Below, piece by piece: positions 47,701 to 60,167 of a stretch of 64,000 nt of DNA. The position numbers and the translations under genes were made by a program. The notes beneath the pieces are model-generated. The model did no database searches, was not told the DNA's origin, and saw nothing but the letters and a program-made list of their open reading frames with translations. How positions within the stretch are numbered: the first letter of the stretch is position 1; each line of letters opens with the position of its first letter. Origin of the DNA: Curvularia clavata (Eukaryota); assembly GCA_023920165.1 (NCBI GenBank), contig CP089274.1, forward strand, positions 1,240,001-1,304,000, read 5' to 3'.

Positions 47701-49258
47701 GGATGTGGTCATCAAACTCAGATATGTAGATCTGGTAGAGGGTAGACTGCTTCGAAGCGAGGTCGTTCTCATCTCGGATGTACGCCAAAGCATTTTCCTT
47801 CTTCTCCTCTAGAGCGCTCTTCTCTTTCTCTACATGTTGCACACGGTTGCTCTTCTCTCGGCAGACTTCGTTCAGGGTTTCGACTTCCACTTCAGATTCT
47901 GCGATCGGTGTCTTGTATTTGGATGTGCCAATAATGTCTTCCAAGTATTCAAGAAGACCATCGTCGTGCTCACCCTGAGCTTTTGGTTTCATCTGTGCAA
48001 TGGACTCAACCTCACCTTGCAGGATGAGAAATCGCTTGTGGTCTAGATCAACTCCTCGGTCTTTGAGCAAATTTGTGACAATGGTGAAGGTTGACTCCTT
48101 CTTGTTGATGTAGTACTTGCTCGAGTTATTCTTGAAAGCCCTCCGAGATATGACAAGCTGAGAATCTGGAATGACTTCATGGCCACCATCAGGAAGATCC
48201 TTGACTTCTTGGAAGTGGACCTCGACTTCGCAAAATTCTAGATTTGGAAACGCGGCCGAGTTATGAATCAGAGCCGAGAGCTTGCTCTGTCTCATCTTGT
48301 TTGCACGGAAACCGAAGACGAAGAGCAGTGAGTCAATAACGTTGGATTTGCCCGAGCCGTTAGGGCCAACAACTGAAGAGAATGAAGCGTGAAATGGTCC
48401 TACTTCTTGCCGGCCAGCATAACTCTTGAAGTTGTTTAGAACAAGCCAAGTAATGACTGTTCGCTGCTTCGGCGGCGCAGGCTCATGCAACGAAGGTATG
48501 GCAGCCGCTCGCCTCTTCACCACGATATCAATGGGTTCGAGCATAGTTTGTTGCGCGTTGGCATCTTCTATCGCCTTGGCCTGTGGTTTTGGTTCCTCGA
48601 GCTGCTGAGTCTCCACATTTGGCTCGGGTATGGGCGTTTCCTCTTTGGCCTCGATTTGTGTAATTTCAGCAACTGGTTCAGGCTTTGCTTCTGGTTCTGG
48701 TTCTGGCTCCGGCTCCGACTCTGCCTGTGGTTGAGGAACAGGCGCCGCGTCTGCCATAATTGTATCGCCGTCGACATCGGCTTGTGGCGAGCCAGGTGCG
48801 ATCGTGGCTTCGGAGGTTTGTTCAGGCTCAGGCTCAGGAGACGCTGAGGGCTCAGGCGTAAGCAATTGAGAGGATTCATCCACTGGCTCCGGGGCCACTG
48901 AGGCGCGGGGCTTCCTTCCACGCTTCTTTGGCATTGCCTTGGAGGGCGAAGAAGCCCTAGGACCTTCCGCCGCATGTGCTAGCGACTGTGTAGGCTCCAC
49001 CGACTCGGTGACACGGGGCCGCCGCCTTGCAGTTGGTTTGGGTGTCGCTTCTTCGCCTTGAGCTACGGACTTTCGTGGTCTTCCGCGTCCCCGTCCAGTC
49101 TTCAGTGGGGCTGGCGCTGGTGTAAATTCCTCCTCTTCCTCTTCTTTGACCTCCGGGGTCGGTGACATGTGTGCTTCGCCGTCCGAGTCGTCAATGACGG
49201 GCGCCTTTCGGCGTGTCGCGGCGGCGCGTGTAGACTTCCTGGGCGTCGCAGAAGCCAT
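44767..49258 (-). CDS. SMC4: Condensin SMC subunit Smc4/Cut3
   Basis: NFKSYAG, Walker A GPNGSGKS, hinge GFHGRLGNLG..GTMSGGG, LSGGEKT and YVMDEIDAALD. Terminal intron at 44818-44881. Confidence 0.97.
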
Positions 49259-49402
49259 TGTCGCTATCGCTGTGTGCAGGTGTTAGTGGTGGTCTGGAGG
49301 CCGTGTGTTCCTCCGGTCTTTTGACCGATTGCTGCCCTGCACCTTCCGTTGTTTGTTTTCGAAGAAACCACGCTAAGCACGGGGTCAGCCCCGCGCCGCC
49401 CC

Positions 49403-49408
49403 ACGCGT
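49403..49408. promoter_or_regulatory. MCB-like element ACGCGT upstream of SMC4
   Basis: Exact MluI cell-cycle box ~145 bp upstream of the SMC4 ATG; function is inferred only. Confidence 0.4.
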
Positions 49409-49776
49409 CGACTCTATTACAAGTACTCTGCCTCAGGTCACACAACCCCCCTCAGATACGAAGGGCTGCACTGGACTTTGGCAGTGCACTATTCCGCTTC
49501 TGTAGACCATCGAGTATTGCAGGCAGACCCTCTCCACTAGCTGGACGAAATAGGCATAAAAATCCATGTGTCAAAATGTCAACTTTCTGTAGGGCGCCGT
49601 GGATAACGACGATCCTTCAAGAGGGCAACCCCCCCGCTGCCATGACACTCCCATTCTACAATTTTATTGTGGCCTGGTCAGCCTAATCATTATCTCCTTT
49701 CTAACAGCAGTCATTTGGATATCGTTAGGAAAATCATCTTCGTTCTTGTATTGCCAACCCTACTCTACCCGCTCCC

Positions 49777-50232
49777 ATGGCTTCTGCGCTTCCAAAGTTT
49801 AAACTCGTCTTTTTCGTGCCCCCCTCGGCCCTGAGCGCCTGCAAAACGGCCATATTCAATGCTGGTGCAGGAAAATATCCCGGCCAAGGTGGATACACTG
49901 AAGTGTGCTTCACCAGCAAGGGCACAGGACAGTTTAGGCCTGGTGACGGTGCCAATCCAAACGTGAGTTATGGTTTTGTCAATGGAAATCCGTAGTAAGA
50001 AGCTGATGAACTGTGGCCAGATTGGCAGAGTCGGCGAGCTGGAGGAGATTGAAGAGTACAGAGTGGAAATAATGTGTCTTGGACGCGATACAGCAGTCAA
50101 AGCGGTTGAAGCGCTGAAGGAGTAAGTTTTTATACTTGACAAGAGCCACATAACTCAGCAGGTGTTGACCAAGACAGAGTGCATCCATACGAAGAGGTCG
50201 CATATGAGGTATACAAGTCTGAGGATATTTGA
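49777..50232 (+). CDS. Stand-alone NIF3/YqfO PII-like (CutA-like) domain protein, ~113 aa
   Basis: KLVFFVP..AIFNAGAG..YTEVCF..GTGQFRPGDGANPNIG..EEYRVE..HPYEEVAYEVY. Introns at 49963-50020 and 50122-50177. Confidence 0.85.
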
Positions 50233-50280
50233 AATAGCGCATAGCATACATAACACGACGATGTAGCGTGCATTTAGATA

Positions 50281-50535
50281 TAGACTAGCAGATAGGTCGG
50301 AGTAGGGGTAGGGTAGGGCTGCCAAAATGGGTAGATGTAGGGCTGGGTTACTTGATGAGTGGATAGAGGTAGAGCTGGGTCAAAATACTATTATGAGCTA
50401 TAACAATAGCCTGAAATTGGCTTATTACTATAGTTAGATATTATATAATTATAACCCTGCCCTACATCTACCCATCTTGGCAGCCCTACCCTGCCCCTAC
50501 CCACAATGGGCGGGCCATACCCATTTGCCAGTCTA
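50281..50535. mobile_element. Non-autonomous hAT-like element (MITE), 255 bp, RIP-mutated
   Basis: 17-bp TIRs (TAGACTAGCAGATAGGT vs reverse complement TAGACTGGCAAATGGGT), 49-bp subterminal inverted arms 50302-50350/50452-50500 (46/49 identical), an 8-bp TSD (TTTAGATA/TTCAGATG) and an AT-rich core. Confidence 0.8.
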
Positions 50536-50572
50536 TTCAGATGACAATATATGTGACAAACCCATTCTCTTC

Positions 50573-52069
50573 TCAAATAATCTCTTGTAATACCTGCTTG
50601 ATAACTGGCAAGTCTCTGTCGGCATCAGCCATCCAATTCGATACTGCAAAGCGACACGCTGGTCTCCCTTCCCATGAAGTGCCTGAGACGTATATCTTCC
50701 TTGTTGTCTTGATTTTGTTGACAAGTTGCTTATTGAGTTCTTCGTTCTTTGCACGGAAGAGCACGATGATGTATATACTGTCTAGTATCTCTTCGCGAGG
50801 GGCTTCTTTTTTCGGCAACAACTCATACTCACTACTTTCAAGAATGTATTGCGCGATCCCACGCGACAGCTGGATCTGGCGTTCAAGCATATCTCGGTAC
50901 CCATCTCTTCCATATGCCACCAAGCTAGCATACACTGGCAAAGCTCGAAACCGTCTAGAGTTTTCTAGGCCAATGTTCAGTGGTGACATGATGCTATCGG
51001 GGCCATTGTCAGAGGCAAGATAGGCAGCGTTGGGGTTTTGGAACACACGCTCAGCCATAGTGCGATGTCTGGAAAGGAAGAACCCGCAGTCGTACGGCAC
51101 GTTGAGAAGCTTATGTCCATCACCAGTGATCGAGTCTGCTAGCTCCAAGCCGGCACAGGACTGTATGATAGAAAAGTGAGCGGGAGATGAGAGGACTCGT
51201 CCAAAAAGTCCAAATGCGCCATCAACATGTATCCAGGCACCATGCATGTCGGAAAGCTTTCGCAGCTCTTGCATTTCCTCGAGATTGGATGTAGCAAACA
51301 CCCCCGTGTTGACTTCCGACGCTGATACCGCGATGATTGATGCAGCGCCAGGCTGTTCCAATGACTTTTTAAGTAGCTGCATATCAAACTTGTGTGGTGC
51401 GTCTAAGCGGCCTAGACACTTGACGCTCGCTCGACCGAGGCCCAAAATGCTCGCTGCTTTGCTCAAAGATGAGTGTGGTACCGTGGTCAATATTTGGATA
51501 TCATCGATGCCAGCTCTCCGCATTGCTTCTGCTAGACCAACTTCGCCAACACTGTTCTCAGCGTCCGTGCGGTGTGCTGAAGCTTCAGCGATCACGTATT
51601 CCCGTCCACAAGCCAGACCAAGTACATTGGCGGTTGTGGCGCCTGTAGTAAAGATGCGATGGGGCCATTGCGGGGGCTCGAAGTTCAGCAACTCGCAAAG
51701 CAGAGTCAGTGCCCGGTCCTCCAGATCTGTGGCAATAGTCTCGTTCGGCAAGTGCACCTGCACATTCTGATCGAATGCTGTGACCAAGTTGTCTGCAAGG
51801 GCAGCTGCTTGATTGGTGCCGCCAGTGACAAACCCATAGTAAGTAGAGGAACGAGAGGAAGCGTTGAATGCTGGGACTAGGTCTTCGCGTATATGCCGTA
51901 TACTTTGTTCGAGACCTACTCCTTTTGCAGGAAGACACGCTTGGAGCTTGGAGCGAGCACTGTTCAGCGTAGTTTCAGAGGGAAGGACATTCCCAGATGG
52001 CGGCTGCAGGTGTATTCTTGCAATTTCCACCGCGAGCCGGTCGAATGTTTCTTGGTTTTGGACTTCCAT
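50573..52069 (-). CDS. Group II PLP-dependent decarboxylase (aromatic/DABA decarboxylase-like)
   Basis: YYGFVTGG, FTTGATTAN, HSSLSKA, WIHVDGAFG, DSITGDGHKLLNVPYDCG (PLP lysine) and ENSRRFRALP; intronless. Confidence 0.9.
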   Translation of the reverse strand: MEVQNQETFDRLAVEIARIHLQPPSGNVLPSETTLNSARSKLQACLPAKGVGLEQSIRHIREDLVPAFNASSRSSTYYGFVTGGTNQAAALADNLVTAFDQNVQVHLPNETIATDLEDRALTLLCELLNFEPPQWPHRIFTTGATTANVLGLACGREYVIAEASAHRTDAENSVGEVGLAEAMRRAGIDDIQILTTVPHSSLSKAASILGLGRASVKCLGRLDAPHKFDMQLLKKSLEQPGAASIIAVSASEVNTGVFATSNLEEMQELRKLSDMHGAWIHVDGAFGLFGRVLSSPAHFSIIQSCAGLELADSITGDGHKLLNVPYDCGFFLSRHRTMAERVFQNPNAAYLASDNGPDSIMSPLNIGLENSRRFRALPVYASLVAYGRDGYRDMLERQIQLSRGIAQYILESSEYELLPKKEAPREEILDSIYIIVLFRAKNEELNKQLVNKIKTTRKIYVSGTSWEGRPACRFAVSNWMADADRDLPVIKQVLQEII

Positions 52070-52584
52070 ATTGCGCGGCTCATGAGCAGAATGTAAAATT
52101 GTGAGTTGATGGTAATATACCTGGATGGATGGCGACACTATCTATGATGGAAAAAGAATACATGTGGCATATACCAGACACAGAGGCCTACTAGCGGTGC
52201 TTTAAATGGAGGCCTAATTCCGATTACACCAACTCTGCCAGCCTAGCGGAAGCGATTGGTAACTTTGCGACCGACATCCTAGCCGCGCGCCTCGAGAAAA
52301 TGTCAGGTGGTGGGAGAATATTACAGTCTGCTTGCATTGGAACCTGGATCACGCTATTCCTGTAGTCACAGACGGACAGGTCCGATTTCCGAGGCAGCGA
52401 CAGTGACAGTCTATATGCGCACGTGACTTGGTGCTAGCGCGGCGCGTGTTGCGGACTTAGCACAACACGGTTCAGGGTACCAATAGTGATGTCGCCACCA
52501 TCACGCCCATGAAAACGCGCCGCTGCTGTGGATGCACGTGTAGAACATCGATGCGGACACTTCCACCAACGATGCGACGCTCTC

Positions 52585-55500
52585 ATGCCTCGGAACAATC
52601 TAAGTAAACACCTCAAGTGGTTGGTCACCGAGAAGCCATTCATTCCACCCGCCGCATCGCTCGTTGCGTACGAACCCGACGCAGAGCCCACAAGTTCAGT
52701 GACAGCCTCGCAACAACATCCCGTCCTCTCGAATGATCAAGCATCATACAATGAGCCGGAGTCTGACCCTGTGTCAGCGCCTTTACCAGCACCACCGGTC
52801 GATAAACCCATACTACCCCGCAGCCTCGCTCCTACAAAAACGATCGATATACACAATCCTCCAGAGGCGGTGGGCGCGACCTCGGATATGGCACGACTGA
52901 GAGCCACACCGGCTAGTGGAAAGCCCAGACTCGTTCTAGCAGGATTGCCGGAACATGGATCCTCCACACCATCAGCCAGTGGGATAAGAAAAGAGAAGAA
53001 TACTGCAGCAGAGCCTGCAAATATCGCTCGTGACAGCATCAGGGATCGGTCAGCAACTGTAAAGACAGTTAGAGGATACATGGAGGTACCTGCTTCACAG
53101 TATGGGACTGCTGGGATAAGCCATTTGGACCCGATTGATGTTGATTCGATTGATCTCACTGGGGACGATACGATTCCTTCTTCACCGGTTCCAATGCGCA
53201 CTCCAAAAGGACGGAAACGCAAGAGTGACGAGTACGAACTAGACCTCCGACACGCCAAGTCCCCCCGACCGGTTCGATCAGCTCCTACGTTCGATCCAGA
53301 ACCCGATGATGACGACTTTCCCGATATTGATGATATGGTCATGGCTCCAGACAGTCCACCCCCACCATATTCGACCGTCGCAAGAAGTGGAAAGAATCAA
53401 CTGGAGCAATTTGCGGCTGCTGAGGATGATGACATGGAAGCTATGTTGCAACTAGAGGAAGAGGAGCGGCAAATGGCAGAGGCAGAACAGGCAATATCAA
53501 CACAACAACGTAAGCGCAAGCCATTGAGCCGTGCACTTTCAGAAAATGCACCAGCTCGCAAAATAGGGAAGCAAAGTCGTAGCCCTACTCCCGGCAAGGG
53601 TAGCCTTTGTGCAGCCAAAGTTGCAACACCCAGATCTGGCCGTGCGCGTGCACCTGCCACTAGGAGAGTCGAGCAGACGGTGTTGGACTCCGAAGATGAA
53701 GATCTTGGTGCGATAGACGAGATGGACATTGACACGCAATCTCGGACAAATTCACCCACGCCTCCTAACACGAGGTTGCGCGAAAAGACGCCTATTACAA
53801 ACTCAACTGAGCCGGCAAGCCAGACCCAGCTCCCCATTCGTTCTCCAATGAAAAACTTACGAAGTCCGAGCCCGCACCAACCTGAGCAAGATTCAATTCC
53901 CACTCCAGCAAAGTCACAATCTCCCAAGAACGTCAAATCTGCGTCTAGCAAACCTATACCGAGCTCTTCAGAATTATCGAGGGAAGACAAAACAGTCATC
54001 AAGGGCATCATTGATACGTTCTTGGGAACTGAGGGCCAACGGTTGCAGAGCCACCTTAATGCTGCTAGTTCGGCATGGGATAATTCTCGTGCTGCTTTTA
54101 TAGCCCATCTCGAGCATGGCCAACCTGACCCTAGCGAAAAAGAAAGAATGGAGCTCGCCCGCTCACGCAAGGAGGCGGTGGAGCAGTTAATAACCCTGAA
54201 GACCAGGCATGATGACCTTGTGGCTCAGCGGCAAAGAGTGAAACAGAAGCTTGAGGATGACTTGAACATAGGGCAGTTTGACGCCGCAGATGGTGAAACT
54301 CTCAGCAAATTGTTCAGAATGATTGAGGATATTCAAATCCATATGCACCATCTGCTAGACCAGGCGGGCATCAAGCAACAGCCTAAGCCCACCTCAAAAC
54401 TGGAGCTGAAGAGCGGTCGCAGTGTTGTCATACAATCCACGCAGGCGAGCCCAACCCGATCATTCCACAACGGCTCGAGGGACGCAGGACCAAACCGTAT
54501 CCCTCAGACACAGTATTCCAAGAACAACGATGCGGTTGCCCAAGAAGTTTCGACGCCAAGTCGTCGCATACGATTCGCTAAAGAACAGGTAGCCGCTTCT
54601 CCGCTACCACCTCCAAACCTAGGTGTTCGTTCCTATATGGATTACAGTACAACGGGAATGCAGAATACTATGTCTAAAGATCGATCTCACCGTATACCTG
54701 AAACACCGCAGCGTCGACGTTCTCCGAAAAAACCAAAATCAGTTGAGCGTCCAGAGACGCCGGATGATTTTGGAGACTTGGAACTTGAGGAAGATGAAAG
54801 CCTGTTCACCAACAATATGGGTGAACTCCATCGGCCTATCGAGGTCAGTGACGATGATGAATTCGGTGAAGCATTCGGTGCCGACGACGACGAATTCCTC
54901 CACGAAATCAGCAACATCGAGAATCAGGCACCAGGCACCTTCAATTGGAAAGGTGAGCGGACAACGGCTAGCTCGACAAATACCCGCGAGGTGTTTCGTG
55001 AAGCTTCATCAAACAAGATCTTGCCCAAACAAAATCAACAGTCATCACCGAAGAAGGCGCCGCTGAATATGCCGGGCAAGAACCATCCTGGAATGAACTT
55101 ACCTTGGTCCCAGGATCTGAGAACGGCACTTATTCGTCGGTTTGGCCTGAGAGGCTTTCGACCTGGGCAACTAGAGACTATCAACACCACGCTAGCTGGC
55201 GAACACTGCTTCGTCTTGATGCCTACAGGAGGCGGTAAATCACTCTGCTACCAGCTTCCTTCAGTTATCACCTCAGGCAAGACCCACGGAGTAACTTTGG
55301 TTGTTTCACCGCTTCTCAGTTTGATGGAAGATCAAGTGGAAGCTTGTAGACAGCGTTTCAGCATGCAAGCATTCCTCATTAACGGGGAGTCAACCGCAGC
55401 TCAAAAAAACATGATCATGGATGCCTTGCGCCAAAAGGATCCTCAGCAATTCATCCAGATACTTTACGTGACACCCGAGATGCTCAGCAAGAACCAGAGG

Positions 55501-57930
55501 ATGATTAATGCTTTCCAGCAATTGCATTCTCGGGGAAACCTTGCTAGAATCGTCATCGACGAAGCGCACTGTGTCAGCCAATGGGGCCATGATTTTCGAC
55601 CCGATTACAAGGCACTTGGAGACGTCGTTCGTCAATTTCCTGGAGTTCCGGTGCTTGCATTGACCGCGACTGCTACCCAGCTCGTCCGTGCCGATGTGGT
55701 GTCCAATCTTGGTATTCAAGGCTGCCGTCAATTCTCTCAGAGCTTCAACCGCCCCAATCTGTCATATGAAGTGTTACCGAAAGCGAAAGGCGTCATCAAC
55801 AGTATCGCAGACCTGATCAAAGAGAGATATGTTGGAAAGTCAGGTATTGTCTATTGTCTTTCGCGGAAGAGCTGTGAACAAGTAGCGCAGAAGTTGTCTG
55901 AGATGGGTATTCGCGCCTATCACTACCACGCCGGAATGGACTCGGCAGATCGGTCTGAAGTCCAACGCAAATGGCAGAAAAATGAGTACCACGTTATTGT
56001 GGCTACAATCGCCTTTGGTATGGGAATCGACAAGGCAGACGTACGATACGTCATTCACCACTCGCTTCCAAAAAGCTTGGAAGGCTACTACCAGGAGACT
56101 GGACGTGCTGGTCGCGATGGCAAGCGCTCAGAATGCTATCTCTACTACCAGTATGCAGATTCAAGAATCTTGCGCAAGATGATTGATGAGGGCGAAGGAA
56201 GCAGGGAACAGAAGCAACGGCTTAGTGACATGCTACGAACCGTGATTCAATATTGCGAAAACAAGGCCGACTGTCGACGCGCTCAAGTACTCGGATACTT
56301 TAGCGAAGCATTCGATCCGTCAAAGTGCAACTCGACATGCGATAACTGCAGATCTGATGCCACATTCGTCATAAAAGACCTTACAGAATACGCTGCCATG
56401 GCCATCAAGCTCGTCAGTCGAATTCACGAAGACAACGTCACAATGCACCAATGCGTAGATGCCTTTCGTGGTGCTGGTGGCGGTAAAATCAAGAGTGCTG
56501 GGCTGGAAGAATATGGATGGGGCTACGGCAAGGACTTGGATAGGGGTGACAATGAGCGCATCTTCCAAAATCTTCTGGATGCTGGTGCGCTGAAGGAAAA
56601 GAGTAAGGTGAACAAGGTTGGCTTTGCGACGAGCTACCTACATGTATGTATTCTGTGTGTTGATTCGCCGTTTGCCCACTGACATTCTTAGCCTGCTTCA
56701 TCACGCAACGACTACGAAACCAAACGTAAGCAGCTAAAACTACAAGTACGCTCGTCACCGCACAAAGCACGTCCGAAGGTACCAGCTGCGAAGAAAACAA
56801 AGAAACAGCAAACGCAGTTTCCGTCAACCAATATCGACTCTCCTGTGCGGGCGCCCAAGCAAAAGATTCGATCATTCGCCTACAACGAGTATACTAACGA
56901 TGATGATGATGACGACGATTTCGTAGTTGATGATGATGGTGGAGACGACGGTTTCGCACCAGTACGTGTAGCCAAGCCGTTGAGAACAACAAAGACAAAG
57001 GGTCTTGGGGCCCCAATTACTACAGACCAACGGACCGGAGAACTCACCGAGCTACAAAGCGATGTATTGAGAGATTTTATGACAGGGGCCAAGAGCCTGA
57101 GGAACAGTATACAAGTGAAGAAAGGTCTCCGTGAAGCAATCTTCACAGACACGGTACTTCGCGAAATGGGTCTTGATCTGCCACGAAATGTGGACGAGAT
57201 GAAGGCTATACCGGGCGTCCGGCCTGAGATGGTCGATCTTTACGGCAAACAGTTCCTGAGACTGATCAACAATACGAGGGACATTTATGGAGATGAGGCG
57301 CCTGTTCCTCGCAATCCACAGCTTCGCAGCCGACAAGCCCAACGCTCTCGAACCGTGTACGAGCTTGATGATGACGATGACGATGACGAAGAAGTAGACG
57401 ACCAGAACCACCGGCTTGTTGTGGATCTGTGTGATGACGATGACGATGAAGTCGAGCAAGAAGAACCAGCCGCCGATGTCGAAGAGATCGGGGACGAGTC
57501 ATTTTACGGCGACTTCGACGACGACGACGACGACGACGACAACGATGGAGCGGTGTATACAAGTCATCATTTCAATCAAGCCCAGAATGCAGATGTGGCA
57601 GAATTCAACAATCGGTATACCCAACTGGGTGGTGGCGCAGCTCCAACGACCAAAGCGGCAGCAAAAGCACCGGCAGCAAGAGGTTCCAGAGCATCGGGAG
57701 CCGGGTTCAAGGGAAAGGGCTCGTCTCGTAAGCGCACATCTGGTAACTTTGGCAAGAACTTTAACAGAGTGACGAAGCGTGGGGCAAAGGGCACTGGGAA
57801 GGGGGCTGCTTCGACGGGTGCTAGCCGAAGCAGAGGCGGAGGCAGAGGAGGAGCAGGAGCAGGAGCAGGAGCCTCGGGTGGGGGAGGGGGTTCGAGCGGA
57901 TGGAGCTCTATCATGGCCATGCCAACATGA
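52585..57930 (+). CDS. SGS1: RecQ helicase (Sgs1/BLM/MusN)
   Basis: MPTGGGKSLCYQ, DEAHCVSQWGHDFRPDY, ATIAFGMGIDK, YYQETGRAGRDG, RQC cysteines (CRR..CNSTCDNC), an HRDC-like region and an RGG-rich tail. Intron at 56644-56691. Confidence 0.96.
57517..57540 (+). repeat. (GAC)8 coding microsatellite (poly-Asp) in SGS1
   Basis: Perfect gac repeat. Confidence 0.85.
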
Positions 57931-58162
57931 GGCAGGTAGAGCATGTAGAGGGAAGACTTGTTGCTGTTTACCATTGTTGTCACAGTAAATACCCACGTAG
58001 TCATAGCATTGTTGTCAGGGAATAGCAGTACAATTAGGTTCATTAATTCATCAAGGGCATTAGGCAGGATGGGCTATGTCTTATACAGCAATAGGCTCGC
58101 ACTCATCCATCCATTCATCCATTCCTCTTGAGTCAATGGTAAAGCCTCAACCAATTCTCAGC

Positions 58163-58513
58163 TTACAAGCCATGGTGAGTGTTGTGGCCCAAGCCTAGAG
58201 CATTCTTGGTCTTGTCTACGATGCTGCCGCCCGTGGAGCCGTGGACATTGTTGTCTTTTGAGCGGCTCAGCTTGTCCATGGTCGACTGCGAGTGCGTCTT
58301 GGACGAGTCGGGCTGGACATCGCGGGCGATCTTGTCGGCGGTGCCAGTCAGCGATTCCTTGAGCTTGGTGCCGGTCGACTTGGACGATTCGGGCTGCTGT
58401 TGGTGGAGTTAGTGGATTGAAACATAAGAGAGAGGGAGAAGGGGGGTGTGATGGGGGCGTACCATGGCCTCGCCAATCTTGGTGTGGGTGTCTTTGCGGA
58501 ATGCGTCGGTCAT
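58163..58513 (-). CDS. HSP12: Hsp12/Hsp9-family small stress protein (94 aa), missed by the ORF track
   Basis: MTDAFRKDTHTKIGEAM^QPESSKSTGTKLKESLTGTADKIARDVQPDSSK... Intron at 58397-58462 with a CAGCAG tandem acceptor; TATA-like ATATAAA upstream at ~58633-58639. Confidence 0.88.
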
Positions 58514-58626
58514 GGTGATAGATTTGGTGTTGTTGGGGGGATGCTTGTAAAGTGTTTGGTATGTAGGTCAAATTGATGGTTGAGATTGTAGTGTTTGTGA
58601 TGATATTGAATCTATCTTGAAGCAAG

Positions 58627-59139
58627 AGGGGGTTTATATGCACTCTGGCAGTTGGTCGTCTACGTCATGCATCGTGACTTGGATTCACAGTTATAGGAAG
58701 GTACGCTGGGCAAGAAGGTGCTCATCCTCAGATGGTGACGGCGTGGCTACCGCAAGAAGCGATCTTGAGCGTCATTTTCATTGGTGACATTGGCAATATC
58801 AAGCAAGATTCCCGATGATTTCTGGTAGGCAATGTCTCCTTATTCGTCTTGATTCGCTTGGCTACATGGCAAAGCGTGTAGAGAAGCAGGGATTGGGGGG
58901 TGGAAGATGGGTGGCAAAGGCGAAACCAAGTTCTGGTGAGCCATGGCAAGAGGGAAAGTGAAGGTAGGCGCAGTCTGCGGCTGCTCAGAGTCCATGGTCC
59001 AGACTCCGGAGTCCAGTTGTGGAGGCACATGGACATGTCTGCCAGGACATGGCGGGTGATCGTCGCGCGTATGTATGGGGGGACTTTTGAGTGGAGGTTG
59101 ATGGGACGAGTCCCTGCGTCGGCACTGCTAATGACGTCA
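58627..59139. promoter_or_regulatory. Stress-type promoter elements (STRE AGGGG, CRE TGACGTA/TGACGTCA) upstream of HSP12
   Basis: AGGGG at ~58628, TACGTCA at 58661-58667 and palindromic TGACGTCA at 59132-59139. Confidence 0.45.
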
Positions 59140-60167
59140 CGGCCTCACGCAGCCGTGTGCAGGGAGCGCAACCAAGTTCTCGGTCGGTGTCGCCATCTGA
59201 TCTCCAGGTCAACAGACTCGGTGCTTGCTTTTGTTCGGCATCCCCCATGCAGGCCAAATCAGGCCCAAGCCGACGGCTGCAGGGCCGCCGGGTAGCCACT
59301 CGTCAGGCCGTCAGCGGTATACGGGGCCAAGCCAAGGCCACCCTTCAAGACCAGCACATAGTAAGGGTACGCGGAGAGGCAGAACCACATGTCGCACAGC
59401 GCCGTGTGCTCGACTACATATGCGCGATGCGACTTCAACAGGTGGCTCCAAGCAATGGCGGTATGCGCTGTTGGGGAGCCCGTCAAGGGTTCCCGGCGGG
59501 CGCGCACGCGAAAGAGCGGTCGCTGACAAGCTGGCGATACCCAGGCGCACGCCGTACGCAAGCCGCCACGTCGCTGGGGGAAATGCAGAGGCTGGGTAGA
59601 GGAGCAGTCTAATGCAGGAACACGCCGGCGGCAGGCCCCTTTGCAGAAAACAAAGGTGATAGCGCGGCGGCTGATTGGGCGTGGGCCGGGGCCGGGGCAT
59701 GACGTTGGTGTTCCAGGCGGTTGCTACAGTATCCGTGTGTTGATCCAGCCTCCAACCTCCTCCCAGCCACACGCCCAACCTCACCATTTCCCCAGCAGCA
59801 AAACTACTACTCGCTGCAGAAATCAGAGAAGTCTCACTCCACGCTACCCACCTCCATCACACACCCTTTTTTTGTGCCGTGTCGCCAGGACTCATCTGAC
59901 CGTCGTTGTCATAGTGCATATTCCGACCACGCTGCTGCAAGAGCGGTCCAGCCAAGAGTACCGACTTCGAATACTCCACCAACTTGCATTCGACTCGACT
60001 CTGGAGACACCTTGAATACCGTCTGTCCTCTCGCACCCTCATATGAGCGCGAGACATCCTTCAGCAACCGTCTGAGTGCATCCCCTCGCTCACATCACCC
60101 CGCCCTCTGTGGGCGCAGGGAATCCAGAAGGCCCAACAGAGGCAATTGAAGGAGACACTTCCTCACA

